This document shows positions 16,667 to 30,820 of a stretch of DNA of 64,000 nt, one piece after another; position 1 is the stretch's first letter; each line of letters begins with the position of its first letter. The DNA comes from the human T2T-CHM13v2.0 reference genome, Homo sapiens. The translations under genes and the position numbers were made by a program. Where the stretch lies: NCBI RefSeq assembly GCF_009914755.1, contig NC_060948.1. The stretch is one strand, 5' to 3'. Under the pieces are notes generated by a model that was given only the letters and a program-made list of their open reading frames with translations, did no database searches and was not told the DNA's origin.

Positions 16667-17204
16667 GCCTCATGGTCTATATATTCCTTTTTCCTCTCCA
16701 GGACTGGGTTTCATTTGTTTGTTTGTTTTCATTCTGCTAACTTTGTTTTGGCCAGCATTAAATAAAACAAAGTTAGACTTTGAGGGTCATATGACTTCCT
16801 TTAGGGATAGAATAGAATAAAACAAGACTTAAAGAGTCAGAAGACCAATTGTGACTGCCTCACAGAATACCTAGTGTCTGATTTTCCCTTATTTCTCAGT
16901 TCACCTTAAAACCTACACAATTAATTCTGATTTTAGATTTCCTAAGTGAACCCAGGTAAGTTGCTTTTTCCTCAAAGGTGAACATTATATCAGTACAAGA
17001 CATTTATAACCATCTTCTTCCCTAAAGCAGGTTCCTTAATACTGTTTACTGAGATAAACTTCCATATAAAGTCATTATAATTCTGCTGGGGAAAAAAATG
17101 TAGAAATAATTCATTTTTTATTGTTTCATTTCACTAATAGCCTTATGAGAATCTCACCTTCAATTCATGGTTTATTCATTGTCTAAACTGCTTCTCTAAG
17201 CAGT

Positions 17205-17654
17205 TGTGAATCCCCAAAGTTTGAGACAGATCTCAGTTAATTTGTAAAGTTTATTTTACCAAGATTGAGGACACACATCTATGACGTAGGCTCAGGAAGT
17301 CCTGACGACATGTGGCCATGGTAGTTGTGGCACAGCTGGCTTTATATATCTTAGGGAGACATGAGACAATATAAGTAGTACATTGGTTTGGTCTGGAAGG
17401 TGGGACAACTTGAAGCAGGAAGACTGGAATCCAGGAGGGGACTTCCAGGTCACAGATAGGTGAGAGATGAACAGTTGCAGTCTTTTGAGTTTCTGATGAG
17501 CCTTTCCAAAGGAGGCAATCAAATATGCTTTTCTCTCTGTGAACAGAGAGATAACTTTGAATAGAATGGGAGGCAGTTTTCTCTAAGCAGTTTCCAGCTT
17601 GTGATTTTCTTTTACCCTAGTGATATGGGGGACCCAAGATATTATCCTTTCACA
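17205..17654 (-). mobile_element. Solo ERV1 LTR (MER4A-like) with 4-bp TSD
   Basis: TG...CA ends; ctcaggaagtcctgacgacatgtg motif; TSD cagt (17201-17204 / 17655-17658). Confidence 0.9.
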
Positions 17655-18564
17655 CAGTCAAGAAGGGGTAATGGTACTTCACATAATTTTTAGAAGTTTG
17701 AAAGAAAAAACCAAACAAATTTCCTCTAATTTCTGTACATCTGGTTATTTTTAAGGACATTGAAATAACCAAATAAACTCATTTTAAAGTGATTTTCATA
17801 TACCCATGTATGTTTATTTCTTTTTCAAGTAATTTGTTAGGTAAGTACCATCACAATATATTTTGTTCTTACTGTAGGAATGAACAGTGGAACACATGAT
17901 TTTCATGTCAGTTGAGTGAAAACACTCAGAATATTTATACAAGAGACCCTGATGCCAAGACATGTGGAAGCCTCAGAATCATTCTCCTTGATGTCCTTTT
18001 AGTAAAACTTGGCTGCAAGGAGTGTTCAGGCTTTCTCCTCAATTGACTGCTTGACTTCATACTTGGAAAGGATCGATAGTGTTATTGTCTCCTTTAATAT
18101 TTGCTGTCTTTACTTTTGGTCCAAGATTTTTTCACCCTTTCTGTAATGTATTTCTTTGTATTCTTGTTCTAAATAATCTCCAATCATGAAAGCTATCAAA
18201 CAAAGTGTTTGTGGATTACAAGATCCTTAGAAATCTACTCCATCATCTATCTCATTTAGTTGATTTCAAGCATGTGCATACTCCATATTTAGAAATTTTA
18301 AAGAAAAAAATAAACATAATCCCTGTTAATGGGGAATTCAACCCACTATTAATGAAGAATTCAACCCACTATTTTCTACACTAGCCATTCTTGAGTGTCA
18401 CTAACCTTTCCAGCTTTTTCTCTTGGAGGTCTACCATCAGGAGTTCCCTGGGAATGTATCCTAAGATCATGTAATCTTAGATCATTGTAACTGCAAATCA
18501 TGGGGAAAGTAAACTAGTTATTCTGAAGGATTGTTGCAGCAGGTCCATCTCTAGACCCTGAATC

Positions 18565-18750
18565 CTTTTCTTATTATATCCTTTTTCTTATTATATTCTC
18601 TCTTATTATGTCTTATTATATACTTAATATATTTTATCATAGCCTTATTATATCCTTTATATTATTATATCATTTCTTATTATATATCCTTATTATATTC
18701 TCATATATATTATATCTTTATAATATTTCTTATTATAACTTTATTATACA
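18565..18750. repeat. Degenerate (CTTATTATAT)-like low-complexity repeat
   Basis: Repeated cttattata units. Confidence 0.8.
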
Positions 18751-19164
18751 GTAAATCTTTCATGTACTGTATTCCTAAAAGTAGTATATGACCTTCAATT
18801 CACAACTCTTTCATTTAGTATTGTTGAAAACTAGGGCTAAGGAAAGATTGATGAAAAACAAAGATCACCGGAAGAACATAAACACTTCACAACAAAGAAT
18901 GCCTTAGGTATTCTTTGTAAGTATTTTCGGTCTTTCCTCCCCACATATATCCAGATTTCTGTAACTATGTAGCAAATATCTCCCAGTTTAAAGTTTTATT
19001 TTTTTTTCTTCTTAGATCCTATAAGTTCTTTCTAAACAGTGCCAGAAACCTTTTGATTTTGGTCACCAGGGAGACAGCATTTTTCCTCAATGTACTTACA
19101 ATCTATAATGGAATAATAAATAACTTGTCAACATTTAGAGACCGGATTCTGTTGGAATTCTGTA

Positions 19165-19335
19165 AAACAAGCCTCTCAAACAGTAATGTGCTCATTGGTC
19201 ACCTGAGGATTTTGTTAAAATGCAAGACTTGTATAGCATGTCTAGGATGGAGCCTGGAATTCTGGATTTCTAAGGAGCTTCCTGGCAATGTTATTGCCTT
19301 CAGGCCTTAAAATTGTGCTTTTCAGCAAGGATTTA
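19165..19335. mobile_element. MER5 (hAT-Charlie MITE)
   Basis: tcacctgaggattttgttaaaatgcaagactt...ggatggagcctggaattctggatttctaa. Confidence 0.75.
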
Positions 19336-19474
19336 GAGTATTCTTTCCAAAATTGACACTGTTGTAATAGTTTCCTGGTGTACTGGTTTTCCATGCAGAC
19401 TTCTAGGCTTTTCATATAAAGGTTTGGAGTCACGAGATCTGGGGAAGCATTTCTAAAAGTGTTTATAGGGTACC

Positions 19475-19683
19475 CATTCCTAAGCAGGGGCAGTTCTGCC
19501 TCTCAGGAGAAACACTTGGAAATGTCTGGAGAGATTTTTAGCTGCCATGATGGAGGTGGGAAGGACACTACAACCAGTGTCTCCTGGATAGCAACTAAAG
19601 ATGCTGCTAAAAAAGCCCAGGACAGCCCCTGCAACAGAAAATATTTTAGCCCAAAGAGTCCATCATACTGAAGTTGAGAAATT
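19475..19683 (+). mobile_element. MER20 (hAT-Charlie)
   Basis: cacttggaaatgtctggagagatttttagctgccat...gatgctgctaaa...gaagttgagaaa. Confidence 0.85.
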
Positions 19684-20183
19684 ACAATTTATGTGTTAAC
19701 TTATTACTCTCATACATTCTAAAAAACCCAATCCACAGAATAACTTATACACCCCTATGTAATTAATTTATTTCCCTAACTCCTGTGCCTCTCCCTTACT
19801 CTGTTCCAGCCTCACTGGACTTGTTGAGGCTCAAAAGCATTTTCACTTGCCCATCCTTACGTTGAAAATCCCAAACACCTGCTCACTCCTTTCCCCTTCT
19901 GACTTTAAGTTTTGTTTTATTTTTCTGGTATTAGTCTCCCTGCACTGGAAAGTAAATTCCAAAATAGCTGAGTAGTTATACTTTTTGTTTGGCTGCATTT
20001 GAAATCCCTAGGACTGGTTGATGAATAAATTATTGTATGCCTCAGAATGTTTTTCTACTTTAGATTGGACAAACGTAGGCCATCCTGCTGCATAATTTAT
20101 TGCTGAAAAAATAAAGGCCAAAGTACTTGCTCAGAACCCAGAATCCAGAATCCAGGAGTCACTGATTTAATCTCACTGAAGGA

Positions 20184-20507
20184 CTTTGGGAGGCCAAGGC
20201 AGGTGGATCATCTGAGGTCAGGAGTTGGAGACCAGCCTGGTCAACATAGTGAAACCACGTTTCACTAAAAATAAATAAGTTAGCTGGGCAAGGGGCACAT
20301 GCATGTCATCCCAGCTACTGGGGAGGCTGAGGCAGGAGAATCACTTGAACCCAGGAAGCAGACCTTACATTGATAGAAGATCTCACCAGTGGACTCCAGC
20401 CTGGGCAACAGAGTGAGGCTCTGTCTTGAAAAACAAAACAAAATAAAACAAAACAAAACAAAACAAAATAAAATAAAATAAAATAAAATAAAATAAAATA
20501 AAATAAA
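20184..20507 (+). mobile_element. 5'-truncated AluSx with 12-bp TSD
   Basis: Starts at ctttgggagg; TSD ctcactgaagga (20172-20183 / 20508-20519). Confidence 0.93.
20430..20504 (+). repeat. Compound pentanucleotide STR (AAAAC)2 AAAAT (AAAAC)4 (AAAAT)8 = 15 units; probable DYS593
   Basis: Units counted directly; identical to my recollection of the DYS593 motif. Confidence 0.8.
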
Positions 20508-21210
20508 CTCACTGAAGGATGCCTTAAATCAAGTGGTTCCAATCAGCAGTGTCACTTGGGCATAAAAGCAGGCTCTCAAAGGTAGGACACAGCAGCTTTG
20601 ATGTGTTTATAGGAAGTAAGAATGAAATACTATCCCTCACTCTGTGACTAATTGTAATTGAAATACATGAGGAAAGGGGCTGACAGGAGTGATACATTTA
20701 ACAAGACACATGGGAATGTAAAAAAGGAAGAAAGATGCAAACTGTTGCCTATAGAAGTTCCCACCTAGAAAAAGGATAACAGATGATAAGGATCTCCCTG
20801 TGAAATTATTACCACGGTCTTACATCAGCATAGCTTCCAAGGGTGCGTCATGACTCTGATCCAGGAAAGAATTTCTATTTCTTGTTAAATGTCATCCTTG
20901 AGGACACTATTCTGTGGCAAACAACCAGGCAAAGGACTCAAAAACCCTAAATGTGAACAGCAGAGGCACAACACTAAATGTTTTCTCAATTTCTCAAGAG
21001 ATATCCTCTTTCCTGGATTCTTCTATTACGACTATTCCTACTACGGAGAATCCTTCAAATTCATTGAAGTATAGCTGGAAAGAGCTAGTAAAAAAAGTCT
21101 GACATACTCCATAGCCCTCATAATCTTTCTGGGAAATTCTAGCCACATATAGTCACAGAAACATATGGAGAGGACTAGATATGATGTCTAACAAATGTCA
21201 GAGAGATTTG

Positions 21211-22162
21211 TGTTATAGGACACCAGGTCTGTATGCCTATTGCATATTAACAGGCCAGTACACTGAAACACCGGAGTTTGTGGCAGAGAAATAGTTTAAT
21301 GATCTCAGGGTGCAAAATGAGGACATGAGTGTGTATTAGTCTGTTTTCACAGTACTAGAAACAACTACCTGAGACTAGGTAATTTATAAAGAAAAGACGT
21401 TTAATTGACTCACAGTTCTGTGTGGCTGGGGAGACCTCAGGAAACTTATGATCATGGCAGTATGTTAAGGGAAAGAAAGGAAAGGGATGTCTTACATGTT
21501 GGCAGGTAAGAGAGCAAAGGGGGAAGAGTCTCTTAGAAAGCCATCTGATCTCATGAGAACTCACTCTCTATCATGAGAACAGTGTGTGGGAAACTTTCCC
21601 CATGATCCAATAACTTCCCAACAGGCCCTTTCTGACACGTGGGGATTAAAATATGAGATGAGATTTGCGTGGCGACACAGAGCCAGACCACATCAAGAGG
21701 AGGCCCTCAAGTTCACTTCCCTGAGGAGTTCTGGGTTCTTGAGGGTATTGTGGAGGGCAGGGGGCTGGAAAGTTAGTGTTTTTGATTTATCAGGGAAAGG
21801 GTGATTAAATAATCAGAACGTGGAAGCTGCATTCTCTGGTCAGCCAACTCCTCATGGAGTCCTTTAAAGCAGCTGACATTGGTTGTTTCACTGATATGCA
21901 GGATCTGAAAGAATCTCAAAATGGAAAAGTTTAACATTTCATACTGTTGAACCTGTTGTCTATAGAGCAGTTAAGGAAAACTATAATCCAGCATGTACTT
22001 GACTCTAATACTAGAGACACCAAATAACCATAAGGTTGAAAGTCAGAAAGCAAGCTGACTTCATAATGAATGGTGAATGGGCTGCAAGCTTTCTTTATTT
22101 GTATTTCTCACCATCCCTTCATCACTGATTAATCTTATAAAGTTTACACAGAGACAATGTCA
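21211..22162 (-). mobile_element. ERV1 LTR (MER31-like), interrupted by THE1/MST
   Basis: tgttataggacacc...agtttaatgatc and ccctcaagttcacttccctgaggagttctggg on either side of the nested LTR. Confidence 0.65.
21332..21695 (-). mobile_element. MaLR LTR (THE1D/MSTA-like)
   Basis: tgtattagtctgttttcac...tttaattgactcacagttc...gagatttgcgtggcgacacagagccagaccacatca. Confidence 0.92.
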
Positions 22163-23119
22163 ATAGCTTTCAGACAGATGCCATTGTCTCCTCTGTTTGC
22201 CTTTTGTTTTATGTTCATGTGTAGGTGTTTTCCTTTTGTTTGTTTGTTCTTTAACAGCTTGTGTGTTTGTCTTACTGAATAATGGGCACTATATTCCTGT
22301 ATTGTTACTTTAGACATAGTCAGCTTTTGAACACAGGTCTTAATGAAAAATATTTGTAAAAAATATGAAAATTTCCTCCCAAGTTATTGTTGAATACTTG
22401 CTAGTGCCACCTTTGAAGCAAAAGCCAATGTCAGCAACAGCCAGTATTAGCAACTTTGAATTACAAACTGGCCTTTCTCAAGTTATATGCACTCTGTGAT
22501 TTTAATTCTCTGAAGAATGATTAGTATTTCTTGTTATCTTACAATAAATTATTAGAAAATATAGTATAGACCAACATATTATAAATTTTCATCCAAGTGT
22601 GCATAATAAAGGATACTCTGTAACGGTTCTCTACCCAATGCTTGCTATATGTTTAATAAATTTTGATTTAGTGCATGCAATGTGCTCACAATAATCTAAG
22701 CTTTGAAACTCAGCAATGGTCCACACAGACTTAATTCAAGATTCAGAGAAGTGAGCAGAGATAGTTTAGAAACACATTAAACAGTAATTTTGTCAAATAC
22801 ATTACCCGTTTCTAAGTTCTAGAATGATAAAGGTAAAAGGAACCTGTGTGTTGGGGGCTACATTTTGCGTGGAAACACTATGTCCATAGGAAAGGGTTTC
22901 GAAAAAAGCTTTCTGGAAATAATTGGAGAAGCAATTAAATGTGTATCTGTGGATATAACATACAGGGAAGTAGTAATAGAATATGTGAGGCTTCTTGAGA
23001 GGTGATGTGGTTGTATTTATGAATTTATCAAAATTTTATACATGCATTCATTTTGATGAAGCATTTCACTTTAAATATTTTTTTTTTAAAATAATTGATA
23101 CACATAAAAAGTATTCACA

Positions 23120-23424
23120 GCTGGGTACAGCCTGTAACCCCAACACTTTGGGAGGCTGAGTTGTGTGGAATGCTTGAACACAGGAGATACAGACAAGCCT
23201 GAGAAACATAATGAGACCCCATTTCTAAGAAATACAAAATTAATTGTGCATAGTGGCATAGAATTGTGTGCCCAGCTACTTAGGAGTCTGTGGTAGGAGG
23301 CTTGCTTGAGCCCAATAGGACAAGGCTGCAGTGTGCCATGATTTAACCACTGCACTGAAGTCAGTGTGACAGAGTGAGAACCTATCTACAAATTAAAAAA
23401 AAAAAAAAAAGAAGGAAAGAAAGA
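23120..23424 (+). mobile_element. AluJ
   Basis: gcttgagccca, aggctgcagtgtgccatgat; A/GAAA tail. Confidence 0.88.
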
Positions 23425-23504
23425 ATTTACTGACTGGTTGGTTGGTTAGTGATGCTGAAACTTTTAAAAATACTTGACAGTGTGGCAACTATGATACATT
23501 CAGG

Positions 23505-24106
23505 TAAAGGACATGCCCATGACACAGTCTCAGGAGATACTGAGAACATGTGCCAAAGGTGGGCAGGACACAGCTTGGTTTTATACATTTTATGGAAACA
23601 CAAGACATTAATTAATAGGTGTAAGAGGTACATTCGTTTGGTCCAGAGGGCAGGACAACTTGAAGGGTGGGCAGCTTCCAGGTGATACATGGACTCAAAT
23701 ATTTTTCTGATTGGATATTTGTCAAAAGTGTTCCTCTAAAGTCTTGAAATCAATAGAAGGAAGTGTCTGGGTTAAAATAAGGGGTTGTGGAGACCAGGGT
23801 TTTATCAGGCATATCAAGCCTCCAGGTAGCAGGCTTCAGAGAGAATAATTTGTAAATACTTCTTATGAGAGTGTTATCAGAGACTCTTCAGAGTCTGCAC
23901 TATCAGTCTTAAGGGCTCTACATTAATATAAATGCTGGTGAAGTGTGCCTGAATTCAAAAAGGAGTAAAGAATAATGAATCATGTGGCACCACTCATTCC
24001 CATCATGGCCTGAATGACTGTTTCAGATTTACTGTGAAATGCTTTCTCTGAGAGGAGGGTCCATTCAGTTGGTTGATGAGCTTATGATTTTATTTTCGAT
24101 TTATAC
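23505..24106 (-). mobile_element. ERV1 LTR (MER4B/D/E-like)
   Basis: gacacagtctcaggagatactgagaacatgtgcc, aagcctccaggtagcaggcttcagagagaata, tttattttcgatttata. Confidence 0.85.
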
Positions 24107-24185
24107 TCCCCTCAGGTTCACTTTTTTCTCAGGGGGATTTTGTCTATTTGTACATAAGATGACTATCAAGCTACAGGGAAACTAG

Positions 24186-24669
<484 letters not shown>

Positions 24670-24979
24670 TCCACCAAATTTTGTATTCTAGTGTGCTCAA
24701 CTTCTCCTTTGCTTCTCATCTTCACATTCAATCTGAATTTGGTCATGCCAGTTCTTAAATATAATTCCAACAGTGTGTTTATTTAAGTATGGCATTCTTC
24801 TCCACTAAAATACAACTTTTGTGCCTCATGTTACCTGCAGCCCTCTGCAAAATGAATAGGGCTCAAAAGGTCAGATGCAGGGGAAAATAAACATTTAGCA
24901 TTATTGGTTACATTGGCCTTAGTGTCCTGTTTCCAGAGAATTGAATGAAAAAAGTGAAAATGCAATACTTCCATACAGG

Positions 24980-25533
24980 TGAAACAGAATATATAAAAAG
25001 AAACAAAAGTTTTCCTGTACTAGGCTGACTCACTCCAAGATCCAGGGAAGAACAGGGGTTTGTCAAGGCTTTGACAGCATTATCTGCAGAGCTGGGGCCC
25101 AGAAGAGAAAGACACCAGAGTCTCTCCCTCACATCCTGGAGCAAGATTGGGAAAAACAAGTTTTGCTCTTTCAGCTTCCCCCTTCCCCCCTTACTATTCT
25201 TACACTTATCTTTGCAAGTTTTGTAAGTTCCTGCTTTTCCCTTCTGGGCAGCACAGTGAAGGTCACAATATATGTCTGAGTTGTAACACCTGGCTTGAGT
25301 TGTAAAATCTGTCACTGTTTGATAAACTGTCTTTGTTCTGCTTCTGCAAGCTTGCTTACCTGCCTTACAGGTTTTGCACCATTTTCCAAAGTATGTATAA
25401 AAGTGAAGCCCTCTCTCTGTTCAGGTCTCAGCCTTTGGATATTAATCCACTTAGCCAATGGCCACCTAAATAACATCCTCCTGTTCCACCCATTGATCTC
25501 ATTGGTCTCTCGGGTGCCTTAATTCCCTCAACA
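24980..25533 (+). mobile_element. Solo ERV1 LTR (MER41C/D-like) with 4-bp TSD
   Basis: TG...CA ends, TATA-like gtataaaagt; TSD cagg (24976-24979 / 25534-25537); family assignment tentative. Confidence 0.8.
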
Positions 25534-25537
25534 CAGG

Positions 25538-26545
25538 AACTTGGAAAATAGTACCTCAGACCAGGTGATCAAGGTCAACATCAAAACCAAAAAGAGGGAT
25601 GCTTCACCTCTCTGGACTTCCTTCTCGAAACATGTATTCTCAGTCTAATTTTGAGAGGCATTGGAACCAAAGTGGCTCCATCTTGAGTGAAAGCTAGGAA
25701 ATCAAGGCTGGGTCTTGCTGGGCTGCATTTCCAGAAAGTGAGGTATTCCTAGCCTCTAGATGTTTGTGGTTAAGGAAACAAATTCATAACATTTACTAAA
25801 CAAACCATCTTAAGAACAGGAGCACTCCTATTTTTGCTTTCAGGATAATAATATAGATTCTTACAAAATATAGTAATTAAGAAAATTAATCCTTTATTAC
25901 AAATCCTTGTAGCAGAATGTATGTCCCCATGATCTATTTTTATCCTGTATATAAGTGAATATTGTACCTAGGGTAAATGCATTCCTCCTAATACTTTCTG
26001 GAATGCCCTACTCTGTCTATGGAGTAGCTGTACTTTCAGTACTTTACTTTCTTAGTAAACTTGCTTTTGCTTTGCACTGTGTACTCACCCTGAATTCCTT
26101 CATGTGTGGGATCCAAAAACCCTCTCTTGGGATCTGAACTGGGACCACTTTTTGGTAACACAATTATGAGAAAAAACATTCGTTGTATAAAAACTTAGTG
26201 ACATCCTAAAAATATCTGACTCGTATTCCCCAAAATGAGCCAGATTTTCAGAAGCAAGGCAACTTTGAGTAACTGTCACAGCCAAGAACAGCTTAAGGAG
26301 AAATAAAGACTAAATGTCATGTAGGATGTTGATTGGGATTTTGGAACATAAAAGGGACATTAGTTAAACTAAATGCAATCAGAATAAAGTACAAAGATTA
26401 GCTAATAATCATGTATCAGCATTGTTTATTAATTGTGATTAATGTACTATAGTAAAGTAAAAACATGGGAAGGGATGAGATGTATAGCAACTCTCTGTAC
26501 TACATTCAAGATTTTTCTGTAAAGCAAAGCTATTTTGTAATAAAC
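25538..26545 (+). mobile_element. L1MC-type 3'UTR, host of the MER41 LTR
   Basis: ccaggtgatcaaggtcaacatca, gactaaatgtcatgtaggat, aactctctgtactacattcaagatttttctgtaaa. Confidence 0.75.
25650..26160 (+). mobile_element. Solo MER41 (A/B-like) LTR
   Basis: gaggcattggaaccaaagtggctccatcttgagt...ctgtctatggagtagc...gatccaaaaaccctctcttggg...ggtaaca. Confidence 0.9.
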
Positions 26546-26557
26546 AGCTACCCATTA

Positions 26558-26852
26558 ACAGGGACTTATACGCTCACATGCTTAGCCCTTTGGGAGGCTG
26601 AGATTAGAGGATATCTTGAAGACAGGAGTGAAAGACCAGACTCACAACAAAACTGTCATCTCTACAAAAATAAAAGTAAAGAAAAATTATCTGGATGTGC
26701 TGGTGCACATCTGTAGTCACAACTACTTGGGAAGCTGACAGAGGAGGATTTCTTGGCTCCCAGATTTCAAAGCTCCAGTGAGCTATGATTGCACCACTGG
26801 ACTCCATCCTGGGTGACAGAATGACACTCTGTCTCAAAAAAAAAAAAAAAAA
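26558..26852 (+). mobile_element. AluJ (highly diverged)
   Basis: tttgggaggctgag...cagtgagctatgattgcaccactg...A18 tail. Confidence 0.88.
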
Positions 26853-27873
26853 AGGAACACTATGAACTTCTCATTCACTGTTATTTCTCTATCTAGATCA
26901 TGTGGATTATGAAGCTGGCATAGGAATACTGGCTTGTGGAGAAGTAAGTAAAGAGTGACCAATATGAGTAACAAATTATCCTGGTTACAACATGTTGGCT
27001 TAGATAAGGCTGTTGGCTTTAAAGCCATAAGATAATTTTTCTCTTGTGAAACCTATAAAGAGTTCCTAATTTCAGTGGGAAACAGATCATTTATCCACTA
27101 ACTGTATTTCAGTCTATTTTGTCCCTCTGATTCTGGTAAGAGTACAATGATGTTAGGTCTAATTTGAGCACATGCACACTAACTCCATAGCAGACTTCTT
27201 CAAAAAACAACATGTGAGTGCATGGATTAAAACTATCTTTGAAAACAAGACCATGGCTAAGTTGATTTGACAAAGGGGTAAAATCCCTGAAACTACAATT
27301 TTGTGTTGAACATTAGGAACAAGCAGCTGTGTTTTGCTTTGGGTCAAAGGGTCATAGCATTCAACTTCCAGGCAATCAAATACCTCTTTCAACATTTTCA
27401 TCCTTGTGTGTATATATACATGGAAATAGCATTCTATCTTGTCATAATTATGTCCTTATCTCTGGGGACAGACTACAGGATTTGAACAACACTCAGTAGA
27501 GAATATGGCATTACTAATACTGCTTTGAAATATTCCAAGTTTTCTCTGCAATGTGTAGATTACATTGAATATGAAAAATTTTCCGTGAAATAATGAGTTA
27601 ATCTCACCTCACTCAACTGCCAATACCAGAGAAACACAATAAGATGTGGCTATTTTAAATTTCACTCCTGATACAAGATGTTCTAGTCAAATGAGTTCAC
27701 TTCCCAAATTTCATGCAATACATCTTCCTTCACATTTTCATAATTTCTTAAAAATACACCAAATGCTTGTTGAAATTATTCTTACTTTAAAAAATAACTT
27801 TTTATTGTAATTGAAATATCTTTCAAATCCTTTTTCCTTTATACTGTTTCCTTTTCATTCCATTAAATGTTGC

Positions 27874-28216
<343 letters not shown>

Positions 28217-28241
28217 TGAATGCTCTATATATATTCAAGAT

Positions 28242-28242
<1 letters not shown>

Positions 28243-28277
<35 letters not shown>
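28243..28277. repeat. (TG)n microsatellite
   Basis: ~14 TG units. Confidence 0.95.
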
Positions 28278-28278
<1 letters not shown>

Positions 28279-29149
28279 TTAGTGAAACTCCATGCAAGTA
28301 TGAAAATTTCTTTAAACAATTCCCTGTAACAAGTAGTTTGACCATGAAACATTTATTTTTGCTTTACTTTCAGGAATGTTTACTTATGATTAAAAGGGAC
28401 AGAATTCCAAAGCCTAATTTTATTTATTCATCTGTTTTTAATCTATCTTTAAATGCATTTTCATGTACTGACAGGGAAAAAGAAGCGTATTACATCAAAA
28501 TTCCAAAGCACTTAACCACTCATTCATATTTTTTTATTTTAATATCCAGGAAACTATGTCCAATTTTCCTTGTATAATTGAGGTGCTTAGCATTTGTAGA
28601 CTAGAGGCAAATATGGCAAAGATAAAATAAGTCCAAATTACAAGTCCAGTTTAAATGCTGTTATCTTTGTATTTATAATATAGTTTTAATGAGATAGAGA
28701 GAGTAAATAGCTAACAGTAGTTTCATGGGAGAGAGCAGTTGGTTGAAAACATTCATTTATTTTATGAAAAGTAGGAAGAAAATAAAAAGCCCCATGTTAA
28801 TTTTAAAATAAATATTTCAGCTTTGGCTCTTAGTATTTTGTGCAAAATAGGCTAAATATAATTTTCTCTGAGTTCTGCCTAAAGTATTAAGGCAATGTTT
28901 TGGCACAGGCTAAAATCCAAAGGCAATCACATCTATGTTTTCAGGACTGTGCAATAGTTTTCCAATCATTCTTATTTTGAAATTTTTCCTGTAAACACAT
29001 ATTCCAAACACAGAATTCACCATGACCACTGAAGATACACACATTTTTTGATACTCATCATCACTATAAATTTAGAAGTGTTCCTAGGGGCTCCTTCCCT
29101 CCTCTCTGCCCATCTTGTTTCTCTGGAGATTGGATACTCCAACTCCAAC

Positions 29150-29850
29150 ATCACCTTTCACTCCTCTACCCCTTCCCTTCACTATCATCTATCATCAAGT
29201 GCTACCATCTCTGTCTCACTGCTCACCTTGTTTCAGTCCAAGTGATCTAATATTTGAATGACTGCAATGCCTTCCTAACTGACCCCTTTTTATCTCTGAT
29301 GCCGCATGAATCTTGATAAGCAAAATAGAACTTGTTCTTTTAAAAGTACAAATGGGTTAATGGTTCTCTGTTGCCTTCTGTCTCAGTCACAGGAAATGCC
29401 ACAATTCATATGAATCCTATAAGGTCGCACCTGACCTGGTCTTCCCACCCTCCCTGACCAGATCTTTTCCCACTGTCCATTCTAACTCTTCCACTTGCAG
29501 CAAACAACTCAGCCTGCCACCTCCATACAGCAGAGAGATACACTCATCCCGGATGTTTGTTCCCATTCTTTTCTCTGCTCGGAATAATCATCCCTCAATT
29601 AAGGCTTCCTCCATGGATGTCATCCATCTCTTTCTCAGCACCATTCTATTCTTCACAGCTCACTAGTTGACATCTGACATGGGATACATTTTGTTATTTA
29701 CCTGTTTGTCTACCTTTTCCAATGCAAATGGGAAGCTCCCTGGGAGAAAGGAAAACTCCATAGGAGAAAGGACTTCTAAGCTTTCTCAGCACTTTATGCC
29801 CAGTGCCTAAAAAGTACCCAATCAGCATTTGCAGAATTAATGCATGCAAT
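29150..29850 (+). mobile_element. L2 (L2a-like) 3' part
   Basis: C/T-rich L2 body (ccttcctaactg, gaaatgccacaattc) ending cccagtgcctaaaaagtacccaatcagcatttgcagaattaatg. Confidence 0.7.
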
Positions 29851-29969
29851 GGTTGCACTCTCCTCATGATATCTGAAAAGTTTTGATGCTTTTGTCTGAG
29901 TGGGCACATGGGCAAGCAAACTGATATGACACAGGGAAGTCTTCATACAAAGAATGTCCCCTTCCACCA

Positions 29970-30487
29970 TGTGATCCAGCAAGTGCACTTCCAAAAGAAA
30001 ATAAATAAATTTATCAAAAAGATACCTGGAGCTGTATATTTATCCCAGCTCTATTCACAATAGCAAAGTTGGAGCGTGTAATCTGTGTCCAGCAATAGAT
30101 GATTGCATAAAGAAAATGTGTGAAATGGAATACTATTAAGCCATAAGAAATAACAAAATCATTTGTTTTGCAGCAACATGTGTAGAACTGGATGTCATTA
30201 TGTTAAGATAAATAATGCAGAAACAGAAAGTCAAATACCATATCTTCTCAGTTATCATTGTGAGCTAAATAATGTGTACACGTGGACCATGGACAGAGAG
30301 ATGGGAATGATAGTCATTGGAGACTGGGAAAGGTGAGAGGGTGGGAAGAGAGAAGATGATGTGAAATTAGTTAATGGCTAAAATATGTGTTATTTGGGCT
30401 ACAGGCATCCTAGGGCCCTGATTTGACTACTGTGTAATCTATGCATGTAACAAAATTGCACTTGTACCTCAAAAATTTATAAAAAAT
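29970..30487 (+). mobile_element. L1MA 3' end
   Basis: ctctattcacaatagcaaag, atggaatactatt, tttgcagcaacatg, atgcatgtaacaaaattgcacttgtacc. Confidence 0.88.
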
Positions 30488-30723
30488 GTCTCCTGCTGTA
30501 GATTTTCCAGGAATATTGCCAGTGATGTGGGCTGATGAGAAAGGTCAAGCCTCCACCTATTATTTCACCTTGTCTTTTAAATCCTCATTCTGCCTCTTCA
30601 CTCTGAAGCTCTTGTCTTTTTCCAATATTTTTTAGTTACTATTTGTTTCTGCTAAAATTGCAAATTAACTTTCCAGGTCTTGGATTTCTTCAAATGAAAG
30701 TATAAAGCAATTTAAAAATTACT

Positions 30724-30729
<6 letters not shown>

Positions 30730-30768
<39 letters not shown>

Positions 30769-30820
30769 CATATTTATGTGTGTGTTTATATATGTATATG
30801 TTCTTCATATATATATATAT
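30730..30820. repeat. (CA)n(TA)n compound microsatellite
   Basis: Read directly from the sequence. Confidence 0.92.

Noticed and set aside
20889-21102. Short overlapping ORFs in unique sequence, possible processed pseudogene
   Set aside because: No recognisable protein similarity, poly(A) tail or TSD
25725-26005. Possible STAT1 GAS sites in the MER41 LTR
   Set aside because: The nearest matches (tttccagaa, tttctggaa) deviate from TTCNNNGAA, so there is no sequence support for an interferon enhancer in this copy
24980-26160. Two adjacent LTRs as a collapsed provirus
   Set aside because: The LTRs are dissimilar, the first has its own TSD, and the spacer is L1MC sequence with no primer-binding site
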